DNA from: an uncultured Pelagibacteraceae bacterium
GTDB taxonomy: Bacteria; Pseudomonadota; Alphaproteobacteria; Pelagibacterales; Pelagibacteraceae
Length of the DNA stretch: 64,000 nt
Direction: 5' to 3'
Assembly: GCA_902617025.1 (NCBI GenBank)
Contig: CACMVB010000005.1
Span: 328 to 64,327, forward strand
Part shown: positions 20,032 to 30,223 of the stretch, one piece after another
Layout of the letters: every line of letters starts with the position of its first letter
Position numbering within the stretch: position 1 is the first letter of the stretch
Made by a program: the position numbers and the translations under genes
Notes under the pieces: model-generated
The model's input: only the letters and a program-made list of their open reading frames with translations
What the model was told of the DNA's origin: nothing
Databases searched by the model: none

Positions 20032-21024
20032 CTATAGATATTTGCCAAACAATTTTTCAAATAATTTAATATGTTCTGGATTGTCGTTTAAACAAGGAAT
20101 TAAATCAAAGTTTTTACCTCCCTTTTCAATAAAGCTTTCTCTTCCTTGAATGTTAATCTCCTCTAAAGTTTCAACACAGTCTGAAGCAAAGCCTGGGCAT
20201 ATCACCAATAAATTTTTTACACCTTTTTCTGGCAAAGCTTCTAAAGTTTTATCCGTGTATGGTGTAAGCCATTCTTGAGGTCCAAATCTTGATTGGAAAG
20301 TTGTTTGAATTTCAATTTCATTAAACTTTTCTTTAATTAGTCTAGTAGTTTTATGACAATAACAATGATAAGGGTCACCTTTATCAAAATATGATTTAGG
20401 AATTCCATGATAGGACGCAATAATTAGATCTGGTTTCCAGTTTATTTCTTTTATTTTTTTTTCAATGCTATTTACAAGTGCATTAATATATAATGGTTCA
20501 CTTTCATAATGAGGAATAATTTGCAAACTAGGTTGCCACCTCATATCCATTAAAGATCTATAAACTTCGTCACAAACTGTTGCGGTTGTTGCTGCGGCGT
20601 ATTGTGGGTATAAAGGTAAAATTACTATATTTTCACATCCACTTTCCTTTAGACGATTTAATCTTGATTTAATACTTGGGTTTCCGTACCTCATGGCATA
20701 ATCGACCAATATTTTGTCATTTTCTAACTTGCTTTTAAGCTCATCTGCTTGACGTTTTGTAAAATACAATAATGGTGACTCGTCACTTTCTTTTCTCCAT
20801 ATTTGCTTGTAAGCATGGGCTGTCTTTGATGGCCTAAAAGTTAAAATAAACAGATTCAATATTATTTGCCAAATTATTGGGTTAACTTCTATAACTCTTC
20901 TATCTGATAGAAATTCTTTCAAATATCTTCTTATGTCCCACCAACTTGTTGTGTCTGGAGTTCCTAGGTTAATGATAAGTAAACCAGTTTTACCAAATTT
21001 TACCTCTGGATGATCTTTATTCAT
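20032..21024 (-). CDS. hemH: Ferrochelatase
   Basis: LL.NLG.PD, LPLYPQY, SYHG.P and F.SD..ETLEE motifs. Confidence 0.93.
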   Translation of the reverse strand: MNKDHPEVKFGKTGLLIINLGTPDTTSWWDIRRYLKEFLSDRRVIEVNPIIWQIILNLFILTFRPSKTAHAYKQIWRKESDESPLLYFTKRQADELKSKLENDKILVDYAMRYGNPSIKSRLNRLKESGCENIVILPLYPQYAAATTATVCDEVYRSLMDMRWQPSLQIIPHYESEPLYINALVNSIEKKIKEINWKPDLIIASYHGIPKSYFDKGDPYHCYCHKTTRLIKEKFNEIEIQTTFQSRFGPQEWLTPYTDKTLEALPEKGVKNLLVICPGFASDCVETLEEINIQGRESFIEKGGKNFDLIPCLNDNPEHIKLFEKLFGKYL

Positions 21025-22027
21025 TATAGTTCCTATAAAAATTTACTAACATCTTTACTTTATCAGGATCTGTTTCTGGAAGTAAACCATGTCCAAGATT
21101 AAAAACATATGGAATATCTTTAAAAGTTTTTATGTATTTCGTCGCTACCTCTAGGATTTCTTTGTCAGTTTTAAATAATATTTTCGGATCCGGACCACCT
21201 TGAAGAACAACATCTTTAAGTTTACTTCGAGCCCAGATCGGATCTAATTCAGAGTCTAAATTAATTCCATCAGGTTTAACAAAATCATTAAAATCTTTAT
21301 AATTATCTTTTAATCCTTTTGGAAAACAAATAGTTGCTATTTCCTTACTTTTACAAAAATCAATAATTCTTTTATTTGGAATATAACAGAAATCTTTAAT
21401 ATCTTTTATTGGGATTAAACCAGCCCAAGAATCAAATATTTGCACCACATCAGCTCCAGCATTTATTTGATTTTTTATATGGACGCATAAATAATCATTT
21501 AATTCTACGAGTATTTGATTAATTTGTGTTCTATGTTTTTTATACTTATCTAAATTTAACTTATTATCTTCTGTCTTTAGCCCTAACATGTAAACCAAAA
21601 GCGTCCAGGGTGCTCCGATGAAACAAATTAATGATTTATTTTTTTCTAATCTTTTTCGTGTTATTTTTATTGCTTCATAAACTGATTTAAGTTTTTGAGT
21701 AAATTTTTCTTTGTTATTTTTAGTCAAAACTTCTATTTTAAACTCACTTAACCTGGGGCCCTCTTCTTTAATAAAAGTTATATTTTGCCCTAATGCATAA
21801 GGTGTCATTAAAATATCAGAAAAAATTATTGCTGAGTCTAGATTGTATCTTTTTATTGGTTGAAGGGTTATTTCCGAACTTAAATTACTGTTTAAACAAA
21901 GTTTAATAAAATCTTTATTTTTTTTTCTAATTTCTCTAAACTCTGGAAGATAACGTCCTGCTTGTCTCATAAACCAAATTGATTTACAAGAAATTTTATT
22001 AATTAAAATACTTTTTAAATTAGTCAT
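21017..22027 (-). CDS. hemE: Uroporphyrinogen decarboxylase
   Basis: WFMRQAGRYLPE, ..QP....D.AI.FSDIL, DSWAG and NLGHG motifs. Confidence 0.93.
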   Translation of the reverse strand: MTNLKSILINKISCKSIWFMRQAGRYLPEFREIRKKNKDFIKLCLNSNLSSEITLQPIKRYNLDSAIIFSDILMTPYALGQNITFIKEEGPRLSEFKIEVLTKNNKEKFTQKLKSVYEAIKITRKRLEKNKSLICFIGAPWTLLVYMLGLKTEDNKLNLDKYKKHRTQINQILVELNDYLCVHIKNQINAGADVVQIFDSWAGLIPIKDIKDFCYIPNKRIIDFCKSKEIATICFPKGLKDNYKDFNDFVKPDGINLDSELDPIWARSKLKDVVLQGGPDPKILFKTDKEILEVATKYIKTFKDIPYVFNLGHGLLPETDPDKVKMLVNFYRNYNE

Positions 22028-22302
22028 TATTAAATAATAGTTTTTTTAAAACGTAGTTTTTATAATAGGTCTTGTTTATTCTCCATATAACTTTTTATAC
22101 ATATTTTATACATGTGTAAGTTAACAATTTTCCCAAAAAAAACCTTTAATTGATGACTTTATTAATCTTATAAACACTAGTAAAACAACATTATTAACAT
22201 CTGATAAATTGTTAAAATACTGTGAATTAGTGTTAATCCCTTATTCACTATTTTTACAAAAGGTGAAAAAGGGTTATTTATTATTAATTAATTAACAATC
22301 TT
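22028..22302. other. Candidate chromosomal replication origin (oriC) spacer
   Basis: At 275 bp this is the largest non-coding gap in the window and is very AT-rich. It sits between divergent hemE and the DUF299/RP001-type gene, which is the conserved origin position in Caulobacter, Rickettsia and other alphaproteobacteria. It contains only degenerate DnaA-box-like 9-mers (TGTGAATTA 22221-22229, TTATTCACT 22241-22249) and a tandem TTTTATACAT repeat. Confidence 0.5.
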
Positions 22303-23121
22303 ATGAACGAAAAATACAATGTATATCTTGTGTCTGATTCAACAGGCGAAACTCTTGATAGAATATTTTTATCTCTTAAGTCACAGTTTAAAAATTTCGA
22401 ATATGAAAAAAAAGAGTTTGCTTTTGTTAGAACAGAACAGCAAATTGATAAAATCATTAAACAATGTAATGAAGTAGAAAATTCGCTAATTTTATATACA
22501 ATCGTTGAAACAAGATTAGCCAAATATATTTCTAATCAAAGCCAAAAATTTAACTTACCATGTTTTGGTATTTTAGGAAATTTAATATTAAGCTTCTCAA
22601 AACTACTAAACCAAAAAGCAATTCATAAACCAAGCGCACAACATGTCTTAGATGATGATTATTATAAAAGAATAGAAGCAATTCAATTTACAATGTCTCA
22701 TGATGATGGAAAAAAAGTGGACGATATTGATAATTCAGATATTATTTTATTAGGTGTGAGCAGAACTAGTAAAACACCTACTTCAATTTACCTAGCAAAT
22801 AGAGGATATAAAACAATCAATATTCCTTTGGTCTTAGATCAGAAAATACCAGAGGGAATTATGAAAAATAAATCAGCATGTATTATAGGTTTAGTAGCTG
22901 AACCGGAGAGGTTAGCTGATATTAGACGAAACAGAATAGCCATAATGAAAGATCCAAAATTAAAAGACTATACAAATTTAGAATTTATTAAAAAAGAGGT
23001 AGACGATTCAAAAGTTTTGTTCAGAAAAAATAATTGGCCAATTATTGATGTTACAAGAAGATCAGTAGAAGAAACAGCGGCTTCAATTTTAAAAATAATA
23101 GAAATTAAAAAACATAAATGA
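22303..23121 (+). CDS. Pyruvate,phosphate dikinase / PEP synthase regulatory protein (DUF299 kinase/pyrophosphorylase)
   Basis: The start ..V.LVSDSTGET and the P-loop-like GVSRTSKTP.S.YLA..G are hallmarks of the PpsR/PDRP (DUF299) family. Confidence 0.85.
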   Translation: MNEKYNVYLVSDSTGETLDRIFLSLKSQFKNFEYEKKEFAFVRTEQQIDKIIKQCNEVENSLILYTIVETRLAKYISNQSQKFNLPCFGILGNLILSFSKLLNQKAIHKPSAQHVLDDDYYKRIEAIQFTMSHDDGKKVDDIDNSDIILLGVSRTSKTPTSIYLANRGYKTINIPLVLDQKIPEGIMKNKSACIIGLVAEPERLADIRRNRIAIMKDPKLKDYTNLEFIKKEVDDSKVLFRKNNWPIIDVTRRSVEETAASILKIIEIKKHK

Positions 23122-23702
23122 AAATCATATTAGCCTCCAAAAGCGGAGTTAGAAAAAAGATATTAGATAATCATAAAATCGATTGTGAAGTAATAGCATC
23201 AAATGTAGATGAAGATGAGGTAAAAAATGCCTTGTTGGATGAAGGAGCAGACCCCACAATAATATCCAAAAATTTAGCTGAAATAAAATCAATTAAAGTG
23301 AGCAGCAAAAATCCCGATACACTTGTTTTAGGAGCTGATAGTGTTATTTCTTTTAATAATGAACTAATAAACAAACCAAAATCTAGAGATGAAGCTTTAA
23401 AAATATTAAAGAAATTAAATAATTCAAAGCATTATTTGATAAGCTCAGTTTGTATCTCTAAAAATGGGGCGATGATTTGGAACCACACCGATGCTTCGGA
23501 GTTAAAAATGAAAAACTTTCACGAGGAAAGCCTTAAACAATATCTTGACAAAATAAGCACAGAAACTTTACTTGCTTATGGTGTCTATCAAATCGAGGCA
23601 AATGGATTGGAACTATTTGAATATATAAATGGAGACAAAGAATCAATTATGGGTTTGCCTGTAAAAGATATTATAAATTATATTAAACAGTATAAAAAAT
23701 GA
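23118..23702 (+). CDS. maf: Maf-like nucleoside-triphosphate pyrophosphatase
   Basis: ILAS.S..R..IL, LGADSV... and ...KP....A motifs over 194 aa. Conserved origin-proximal cluster maf-aroE-coaE-dnaQ. Confidence 0.85.
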   Translation: MKIILASKSGVRKKILDNHKIDCEVIASNVDEDEVKNALLDEGADPTIISKNLAEIKSIKVSSKNPDTLVLGADSVISFNNELINKPKSRDEALKILKKLNNSKHYLISSVCISKNGAMIWNHTDASELKMKNFHEESLKQYLDKISTETLLAYGVYQIEANGLELFEYINGDKESIMGLPVKDIINYIKQYKK

Positions 23703-24523
23703 TAAAAAAATTCGGAATTATTGGAAATCCTATTAAACATTCTTTGTCACCAGTTCTTCATAATTACTGGTTCAAAAAATATAATATCAATGCAGATTAT
23801 TCTATAATGGATGTAAAAGATGAAAATCAATTACCAGGAATAATTAAGCAGATAAGGAACAGAGAGATAAGCGGCATCAACATTACTCTCCCTTACAAAC
23901 AAAAAATAGTTTCACATGTTGATACGGTCATTAATGATGCAGAAATAACAAGTTCAGTAAATACAATTTACCTCGATAACCAGGATACCATTGTCGGTGA
24001 AAACACAGATGTTTTTGGATTACAAGCAGCATATTTAAAAGAAATCGATAACGCATCAAAAAAGAAAGCCTTAATCATTGGTGCTGGGGGTGTTTCGCCG
24101 TCTGTAATCCTATCTTTGCAAAAATCTGGTGTTAATGAAATATCAATTATTAATAGGACTAGAGAAAAGTGTATATTTTTAAAAAATAAATTTAATAAAT
24201 TAAAAATTATCGAATGGGAAAACTTAAAAGAGGAAATAAAAAACTTTGATATAATAATCAACGCAACAAGTTTAGGCTTGAAAAACAGCAAAGATTTTGA
24301 TTTCAATTTTGATCAAACTAAAAGCAACCTAATTTATATTGATACGATTTATAATCCTTTGGAGACTAAAACTCTTAAATATCTTAAAAAGATGGACATT
24401 AAAGTTTTCAACGGTTTAAGCATGTTTATTTATCAAGGGCAAAAAGCATTTTATTTGTGGAATAAAATCAATCCCGAAATTGATGATAAATTAATTGAAC
24501 TATTAGTGTCTAATTTAAAATGA
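23699..24523 (+). CDS. aroE: Shikimate 5-dehydrogenase
   Basis: GIIGNPIKHSLSP..HN, NIT.PYK, NTD..G and GAGG motifs. Confidence 0.9.
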   Translation: MIKKFGIIGNPIKHSLSPVLHNYWFKKYNINADYSIMDVKDENQLPGIIKQIRNREISGINITLPYKQKIVSHVDTVINDAEITSSVNTIYLDNQDTIVGENTDVFGLQAAYLKEIDNASKKKALIIGAGGVSPSVILSLQKSGVNEISIINRTREKCIFLKNKFNKLKIIEWENLKEEIKNFDIIINATSLGLKNSKDFDFNFDQTKSNLIYIDTIYNPLETKTLKYLKKMDIKVFNGLSMFIYQGQKAFYLWNKINPEIDDKLIELLVSNLK

Positions 24524-25083
24524 AAAGAATAGGGATAACAGGCACAGTAGCCTCTGGCAAATCAACAGCTAGTAAGATCTTAGGACAAAGGGGCCCAGTT
24601 TTTAGTGCTGATAACATAGTAAAGAAACTTTATACACAAGATAAATTTAAAAGATATATTTCAAAAAAATTTGAAATTAAGAATTATTCTAATATTAAAA
24701 ATTTAATTAAGAAAAAAATTTTAGGAGATAAAACTTTTTTTAGAAAACTTGAGAAAATTATTCATCCATTAGTAAGAAAAGAAATGGTAAACTTTGCTAA
24801 AAAACACAAGAACAAAGAATTTACATTCTTTGAAATTCCTTTGTTAGTAGAAAGTCGTTTAATGAAAAACTTTGATAAAATTTTTTTTATTAAAGCAAAA
24901 AAAAGTTTGAGATTAAAACGATTTAAAAAAAAGGGCGGTGACAAAGTTTTTTTTAACATACTTAATAAAAAACAATTAAGTGACAAGAAAAAAGAAAAAT
25001 ATTGCGATTATGTAGTTGTTAATGAAAAAAATTTAAATATTTTAAAAAAAAATTTACTAGATATACTTAATAAATATGAATGA
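24520..25083 (+). CDS. coaE: Dephospho-CoA kinase
   Basis: IGITG...SGKST P-loop at the N-terminus, IHP.V and E.PLL motifs, 187 aa. Confidence 0.88.
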   Translation: MKRIGITGTVASGKSTASKILGQRGPVFSADNIVKKLYTQDKFKRYISKKFEIKNYSNIKNLIKKKILGDKTFFRKLEKIIHPLVRKEMVNFAKKHKNKEFTFFEIPLLVESRLMKNFDKIFFIKAKKSLRLKRFKKKGGDKVFFNILNKKQLSDKKKEKYCDYVVVNEKNLNILKKNLLDILNKYE

Positions 25084-25735
25084 AATATTTCTAGATACTG
25101 AAACTACGGGTCTTTCATTTAAAGACGGCCATAGGATTGTTGAAATAGCATGTATTGAAACAAAAGAACTAATTCCTACTGGAAATGTTTTTCATAGACT
25201 AATTAATCCTTGTAGAAGCGTCCCTGATGAGGCTTTTAAAATTCATGGTTTTTCAGAAGAGTTTTTAAGCGATAAGGAAACATTTGATAAAATAGCTGAT
25301 GATTTTTTAAATTTTGTAAAAGGAAAGAAGATCATTATTCACAACGCAAACTTTGATATAGGATTTATTAATGGCGAACTTGACTTAATTAAAAAAGAAT
25401 TAATTGAAAATAAATTTGTAGTAGACTCTTTAGATCTTGCGAGAAACAAGTTTCCGGGCGCATCTAATTCGTTGGATGCTTTGTGTAAAAAATTTAGCAT
25501 AGATCTGTCTAGACGGTTTAAACACAATGCTTTACTAGACTGTGAGCTTTTAAGAGAAGTCTATATTAATCTTGTAGACGCTAAAGAACCAAAATTTAAT
25601 TTATTATCAAATAATTTAGAACAAAAAATAATACATAATAAAAATTATAATAAAGATATTGTTAATATCTCAGATGACGAAATAAAACTACATAAAGAAT
25701 TTTTAAAAAAAGAATTAAAAAAAAACTTTTATTGA
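25076..25735 (+). CDS. dnaQ: DNA polymerase III epsilon subunit (3'-5' exonuclease)
   Basis: Exo motifs: LDTETTGL (ExoI), HNA.FD..F (ExoII), H.AL.D...L (ExoIII). Confidence 0.9.
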   Translation: MNEIFLDTETTGLSFKDGHRIVEIACIETKELIPTGNVFHRLINPCRSVPDEAFKIHGFSEEFLSDKETFDKIADDFLNFVKGKKIIIHNANFDIGFINGELDLIKKELIENKFVVDSLDLARNKFPGASNSLDALCKKFSIDLSRRFKHNALLDCELLREVYINLVDAKEPKFNLLSNNLEQKIIHNKNYNKDIVNISDDEIKLHKEFLKKELKKNFY

Positions 25736-26148
25736 ATTTTTCTCGTTTCGTATAGTTTTTTAAAATCAACACTTTTACTAATATTTACTTCTTTGAATCC
25801 TGAGTTTTCAAATAAACTTACAAATATATTCCTTAGTTCTTCATAAATTTCACTAGGAACCTTAATTAAAATAATTTCTTCAATATCTTTTTTATCAATC
25901 TTTTCATCTATTAATTCGATTACGGTAGCGAACACTATTTTTGTATCAATTTTTTCAAAATTGTCTTTTATTGGTGTTAAATTGAGTGAAGTTAAAACTT
26001 CAATAATATTCTGTTTCAATCGATTACTTTTTATCTCAATATTAATTTTATAGTTTATAATGTCTTTGGAAAGTAAGTAAAAAGCTTTAGTACTCGGAAT
26101 GTTAAAGTCTAAATCTTTTATATATTTGCCTATTATTTTATAACTCAT
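25729..26148 (-). CDS. secB: Protein-export chaperone SecB
   Basis: 139 aa. The start ...I..KYIKDLDF..P matches SecB, and the position convergent with dnaQ is the usual alphaproteobacterial arrangement. Confidence 0.78.
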   Translation of the reverse strand: MSYKIIGKYIKDLDFNIPSTKAFYLLSKDIINYKINIEIKSNRLKQNIIEVLTSLNLTPIKDNFEKIDTKIVFATVIELIDEKIDKKDIEEIILIKVPSEIYEELRNIFVSLFENSGFKEVNISKSVDFKKLYETRKIQ

Positions 26149-26557
26149 CTTTGTCCTTTTTTACAATTTCCCCATCTATTGTTTTATTTTTTTGCGCTTC
26201 TTCCTCAATTTTCTCTTTATTAATAAACAGTTTAATAATCATTCTTCTGCTAAAAGGGATTAATAATAAAAAACCAATTGTGTCTGTAAAAAAACCTGGA
26301 ATTATTAACAGTATTGAGGCGAACGCTATAGAAGCGCCCGAAATTAACTCATAAATAGGAAGTTTGTTTTGATATAAGTTTTTCAATCCTGATCTTAAAG
26401 TTTCAATGCCTTGAATTCTAGCATAGTAAATCCCTATTATTGCTGTAAGAAAAATCAAAGCTAATGTGTTAAGCGCCCCAATTTCACCCCCTATTTTGAT
26501 CAATAAAAATATCTCTAGAGCTGGTAAGCCAATAAAAATTAAGAAAAATGTGTTCAT
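26138..26557 (-). CDS. fxsA: FxsA-family inner membrane protein
   Basis: N-terminus ....P.LEI.LLIK.G..IG...TL.LI.LTA.IG....R.QG plus the PGF.TD..G.LLL.P motif. Confidence 0.75.
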   Translation of the reverse strand: MNTFFLIFIGLPALEIFLLIKIGGEIGALNTLALIFLTAIIGIYYARIQGIETLRSGLKNLYQNKLPIYELISGASIAFASILLIIPGFFTDTIGFLLLIPFSRRMIIKLFINKEKIEEEAQKNKTIDGEIVKKDKDEL

Positions 26558-26583
26558 TTGTCTGATACAAAATTATATTATTC

Positions 26584-27204
26584 ATGTATATTTATCAAAT
26601 TATGAGTAATAGTTTTGGATATTTAGATATAATTTTGCTTGGAATGATCGCAGGATTTATAATTTTGCGTTTAAGAAGTATATTGGGTAGAAAAACAGGA
26701 CATGAGACAAAGGTATACCCAAATTTTGCTGAAAAGAAATTCAGTATGCCGCAAAAAGATAACAATCAAGCTGAAATAAATTTAGATGTCCTAGAGGGAA
26801 AGGAGAAAAAAGAATTTTTAAGGGGAGCTGAAATTGCTTACGAAAGTATTCTAACATCATTTTCTTCTGGTGACTTAATTAAATTAAAAGCTTTACTATC
26901 ATCAAACATGTTTTCAAACTTCTCAGATGCAATAAAGTCGAGAAATAAAGAAAACATAAAATCAGAGTTTACATTTATTGGAGTAAAAGAGTCTTCTGTC
27001 GAAAAATATGAAAGGATTAAAGATAATTTGTTTGCTACAGTAAAATTTGTAGCAGAGGTCATTTCAGTTAAAAGAGATAAAGACAACAAAATTATCGAAG
27101 GAAACCCTGACAAAATAAAATTTGTTACCGACAGTTGGAAATTTACAAAAAATATAAATAATAAAAGCCCTAATTGGTACTTGTCTGAAATTGTCAGTAA
27201 GTGA
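26584..27204 (+). CDS. Tim44-like domain protein
   Basis: N-terminal TM segment then LRSILGRKTG, and a C-terminal Tim44-like fold (W.F.......P.W.L). The start could alternatively be ATG 26602. Confidence 0.68.
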   Translation: MYIYQIMSNSFGYLDIILLGMIAGFIILRLRSILGRKTGHETKVYPNFAEKKFSMPQKDNNQAEINLDVLEGKEKKEFLRGAEIAYESILTSFSSGDLIKLKALLSSNMFSNFSDAIKSRNKENIKSEFTFIGVKESSVEKYERIKDNLFATVKFVAEVISVKRDKDNKIIEGNPDKIKFVTDSWKFTKNINNKSPNWYLSEIVSK

Positions 27205-27620
27205 TTAAAAAAAAAAATTTTTCAGAGGTAGACAAAAAAATCTGGGAAAACTATATAAAAAATCCTTTAGATATTTATGATAAAGAAAAAGAAGATATTA
27301 AAAATTATAATCGCAAAGAGCGTTTTAAATTTGATCTTCATGGCTTCAGTCTTGATGATGCAAATAAAAAAGTAAAAGAGTTAATTTCTTCTTGTTTTGA
27401 ATCTAATTATAAAGAGATATTATTAATCACTGGCAAAGGAATTCACTCTTCAAATGATAAAGATGTTTATAAATCAAAGAACTTGGGTAGACTCAAGTAT
27501 TCTGTTCCAGAGTTCATCAGATCTGATCCAGAATTAAGTAAAATAATACTATCAATAAAAATTGCTGACACTAAGGATGGAGGTGATGGAGCGATTTTGA
27601 TAAGGTTAAAAAGATTATAA
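27201..27620 (+). CDS. Smr (MutS2-related) domain protein
   Basis: DLHG.SLDDA...V..........[10 protein letters not shown] is the Smr domain signature. GTG start overlaps the previous stop. Confidence 0.7.
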   Translation: MIKKKNFSEVDKKIWENYIKNPLDIYDKEKEDIKNYNRKERFKFDLHGFSLDDANKKVKELISSCFESNYKEILLITGKGIHSSNDKDVYKSKNLGRLKYSVPEFIRSDPELSKIILSIKIADTKDGGDGAILIRLKRL

Positions 27621-28991
27621 AATAAACTTTGATAGGTCTGTATCTTTAACCAAATTACCCAAGTTATCTTGTACAAATTTTTTGTCTACTGTAATTGTTT
27701 CACCAGATTTATCTGTAGCATTAAAACTAATGTCATCTAAAACTTTTTCAATTATAGTATGAAGTCTTCTTGCACCTATATTTTCAACTGATGAGTTTAC
27801 TTCAGCAGAAATTTTTGCGAGCATGTCAATGCCGTCTTCCGAAAATTCAAGATTTACATCTTCTGTCTTTAATAAAGCCTTATATTGTTTTATTAAACTG
27901 TTATCAGGCTCCTTAAGAATTCTTTTAAAATCTTCTTCATTAAGTGCCTTTAATTCCACTCTTATAGGTAATCTTCCTTGTAGTTCAGGCAATAAGTCAG
28001 ATGGTTTGGCCAACTGGAAAGCTCCTGAAGCAATAAATAGAATATGGTCGGTTTTAATTGGCCCGTGTTTAGTGCTTACTGTTGTCCCTTCAATTAAAGG
28101 CAATAGATCTCTTTGAACACCTTCTCTAGAAACATCTCCTCCAACTCTATCACTTCTTGCAGAAACTTTATCAATTTCATCTAAAAATACTATTCCATTT
28201 TCTTCAGTAGCTTTCTTGGCTTCTTTAATAATTTTATCTTCCTCAATCATTTTATCTGATTCTTGAGCTACCAGAATTCCATGGGACTCTTTAACAGTCA
28301 TTTTTTTCTTTTTACCTTTTTTATTTCCCATAGATTTTCCCAGGATATCTCCAAGATTTACCATACCAACGTTTCCTCCAGGCATACCGGGAATTTCAAA
28401 ACTTTGTAATCCAGAGGATTTATCCTGAACTTCTATTTCAATTTCGTTATTGTCCAAGTCACCATTTCTGAGTCTTTTTCTAAAACTTTCTCTAGTAGCA
28501 ACACTTGCTTTGTTCCCAACCAAAGCATCTAAAACTTTTTCCTCTGCCTTTAATTCAGCTTTAGCTTTAACTTCTTTTCTTTTTCTCTCTCTTTCCATCG
28601 CTATTGCAATTTCAATTAAGTCTCTAACGATTTGTTCAACATCTCTACCTACGTATCCAACTTCAGTAAATCTTGTTGCTTCAACTTTTATGAAAGGCGC
28701 CTCAGCTAATCTAGAAAGTCTTCTTGATATTTCAGTTTTACCTACCCCAGTCGGACCAATCATAAGTATATTTTTTGGTAAAACCTCATCTCTCATTTCA
28801 TCAGTAAGAGCTTGTCTTCTCCATCTATTTCTTAACGCAACGGCAACAGCTTTTTTTGCTTCTTTTTGACCGATTACATATCTATCTAACTCTGAAACAA
28901 TTTCTCTTGGCGAAAGAGCACTGACTTTCGAGCTGTTAGCTTTAGACCCTTTGACTAGTTTTAAGTTTGTTTCTTTTTTTGATTTAGACAT
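27615..28991 (-). CDS. hslU: ATP-dependent protease ATPase subunit HslU
   Basis: [26 protein letters not shown], Walker [15 protein letters not shown], and FIASGAF. Confidence 0.96.
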   Translation of the reverse strand: MSKSKKETNLKLVKGSKANSSKVSALSPREIVSELDRYVIGQKEAKKAVAVALRNRWRRQALTDEMRDEVLPKNILMIGPTGVGKTEISRRLSRLAEAPFIKVEATRFTEVGYVGRDVEQIVRDLIEIAIAMERERKRKEVKAKAELKAEEKVLDALVGNKASVATRESFRKRLRNGDLDNNEIEIEVQDKSSGLQSFEIPGMPGGNVGMVNLGDILGKSMGNKKGKKKKMTVKESHGILVAQESDKMIEEDKIIKEAKKATEENGIVFLDEIDKVSARSDRVGGDVSREGVQRDLLPLIEGTTVSTKHGPIKTDHILFIASGAFQLAKPSDLLPELQGRLPIRVELKALNEEDFKRILKEPDNSLIKQYKALLKTEDVNLEFSEDGIDMLAKISAEVNSSVENIGARRLHTIIEKVLDDISFNATDKSGETITVDKKFVQDNLGNLVKDTDLSKFIL

Positions 28992-29531
28992 TTAAATTTT
29001 TTCCATTGTTACGTTATTGTTTGTAAATACGCAGATGTCTGATGCAACTTTTAAAGCTTTTCTTGCTATTTCTTCAGCCTTCATATCAGTTTCAATTAAT
29101 ACCTTTGCTGCTGCAAGAGCATAGTTTCCTCCAGATCCGATTCCAATTATTCCATCTTCTGGCTCTAAAACATCGCCAGTTCCAGAAATTATAAAGCTAT
29201 GATTTTTATCTGCTACTGCCATTAATGCTTCTAGTCTTCTTAAAAATTTGTCACTTCTCCAATCTTTAGCTAGTTCAACAGCTGCTCGTTGTAAATTACC
29301 AGCATGCTTTTCTAATTTTGCTTCAAGTCTTTCAAATAAAGTTAAAGCATCCGCAGTTGAGCCAGCAAATCCTGCGATTACTCCTCTGCTCTCTATTTTT
29401 CTAACTTTCTTGGCCTTACTTTTTAAAACTGTATTACCAAGACTAACTTGACCATCACCTGCAACAATAGTCTCCCCGCCCTTTCTGAGAAGTACAATTG
29501 TAGTACCATGCCATTTTTCAGCTGTATTCAT
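28992..29531 (-). CDS. hslV: ATP-dependent protease subunit HslV
   Basis: WHGTTI......G....AGDGQVS.G.TV.K..A.K.R. Abuts hslU. Confidence 0.95.
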   Translation of the reverse strand: MNTAEKWHGTTIVLLRKGGETIVAGDGQVSLGNTVLKSKAKKVRKIESRGVIAGFAGSTADALTLFERLEAKLEKHAGNLQRAAVELAKDWRSDKFLRRLEALMAVADKNHSFIISGTGDVLEPEDGIIGIGSGGNYALAAAKVLIETDMKAEEIARKALKVASDICVFTNNNVTMEKI

Positions 29532-29627
29532 AAGGTTATATGTGGAGATTATTTTGAAATCTTCAATGGTGATTTATTGATAAAATGACTATTTAAATAT
29601 ATATCAAGGGTAAATCAGGCATAGTTT

Positions 29628-30218
29628 ATGAGTAGAAAAGCAAAAATAATTAGGAAAACAAAAGAGACCAGTATTTCTGTCGCGGTCAATCTAGACGGAA
29701 AAGGAAAGTATAAAATTAAAACTGGAATAGGTTTTTTAGATCACATGTTGGAGCAATTGTCAAAGCACTCTCTTATTGATTTAGAAGTTAAAGCTAAAGG
29801 TGACACACATATAGATTTACACCACACTACTGAGGATACCGGTATAGCAATTGGAGAAGCTATTAAAAAAGCGGCTGGTAATCGAAAAGGAATTACAAGG
29901 TACGCTTCAACAATGATACCTATGGATGAAACTTTAAGCCGAGTTTCAATTGATGTATCAAATAGACCTTATTTAATCTGGAAAGTAAATCTACCGGTCG
30001 AGAAACTTGGTGAGATGGATACAGAATTATTTAAAGAGTGGTTTCAAGCTTTTTCACAATCAGCCGGAGTTACTTTACACATAGAAAATATTTATGGTGA
30101 AAATAGCCACCACAAGATTGAGTCATGTTACAAAGGTTTAGCTAGATCATTAAAAGATGCTTATGCAATTGATAAAAGAATTAAAAACTCAATACCTTCG
30201 ACAAAAGGCTCTATTTAA
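29628..30218 (+). CDS. hisB: Imidazoleglycerol-phosphate dehydratase
   Basis: R.T.ET.I.V..NLDG, GFLDHML and HH..E motifs. Confidence 0.95.
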   Translation: MSRKAKIIRKTKETSISVAVNLDGKGKYKIKTGIGFLDHMLEQLSKHSLIDLEVKAKGDTHIDLHHTTEDTGIAIGEAIKKAAGNRKGITRYASTMIPMDETLSRVSIDVSNRPYLIWKVNLPVEKLGEMDTELFKEWFQAFSQSAGVTLHIENIYGENSHHKIESCYKGLARSLKDAYAIDKRIKNSIPSTKGSI

Positions 30219-30223
30219 AATTA

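Noticed and set aside
22028-22302. CtrA-type TTAA-N7-TTAA boxes and IHF sites in the origin spacer
   Set aside because: TTAA is so frequent in this AT-rich spacer that any spacing can be found. I found no exact TTAA-N7-TTAA by eye, and I cannot tell from this window whether the organism has CtrA at all.
29532-29627. Possible his-operon leader peptide or attenuator upstream of hisB
   Set aside because: The short ORFs in the spacer (MWRLF, MVIY, MTI) contain no His codons. There is no terminator/antiterminator structure.
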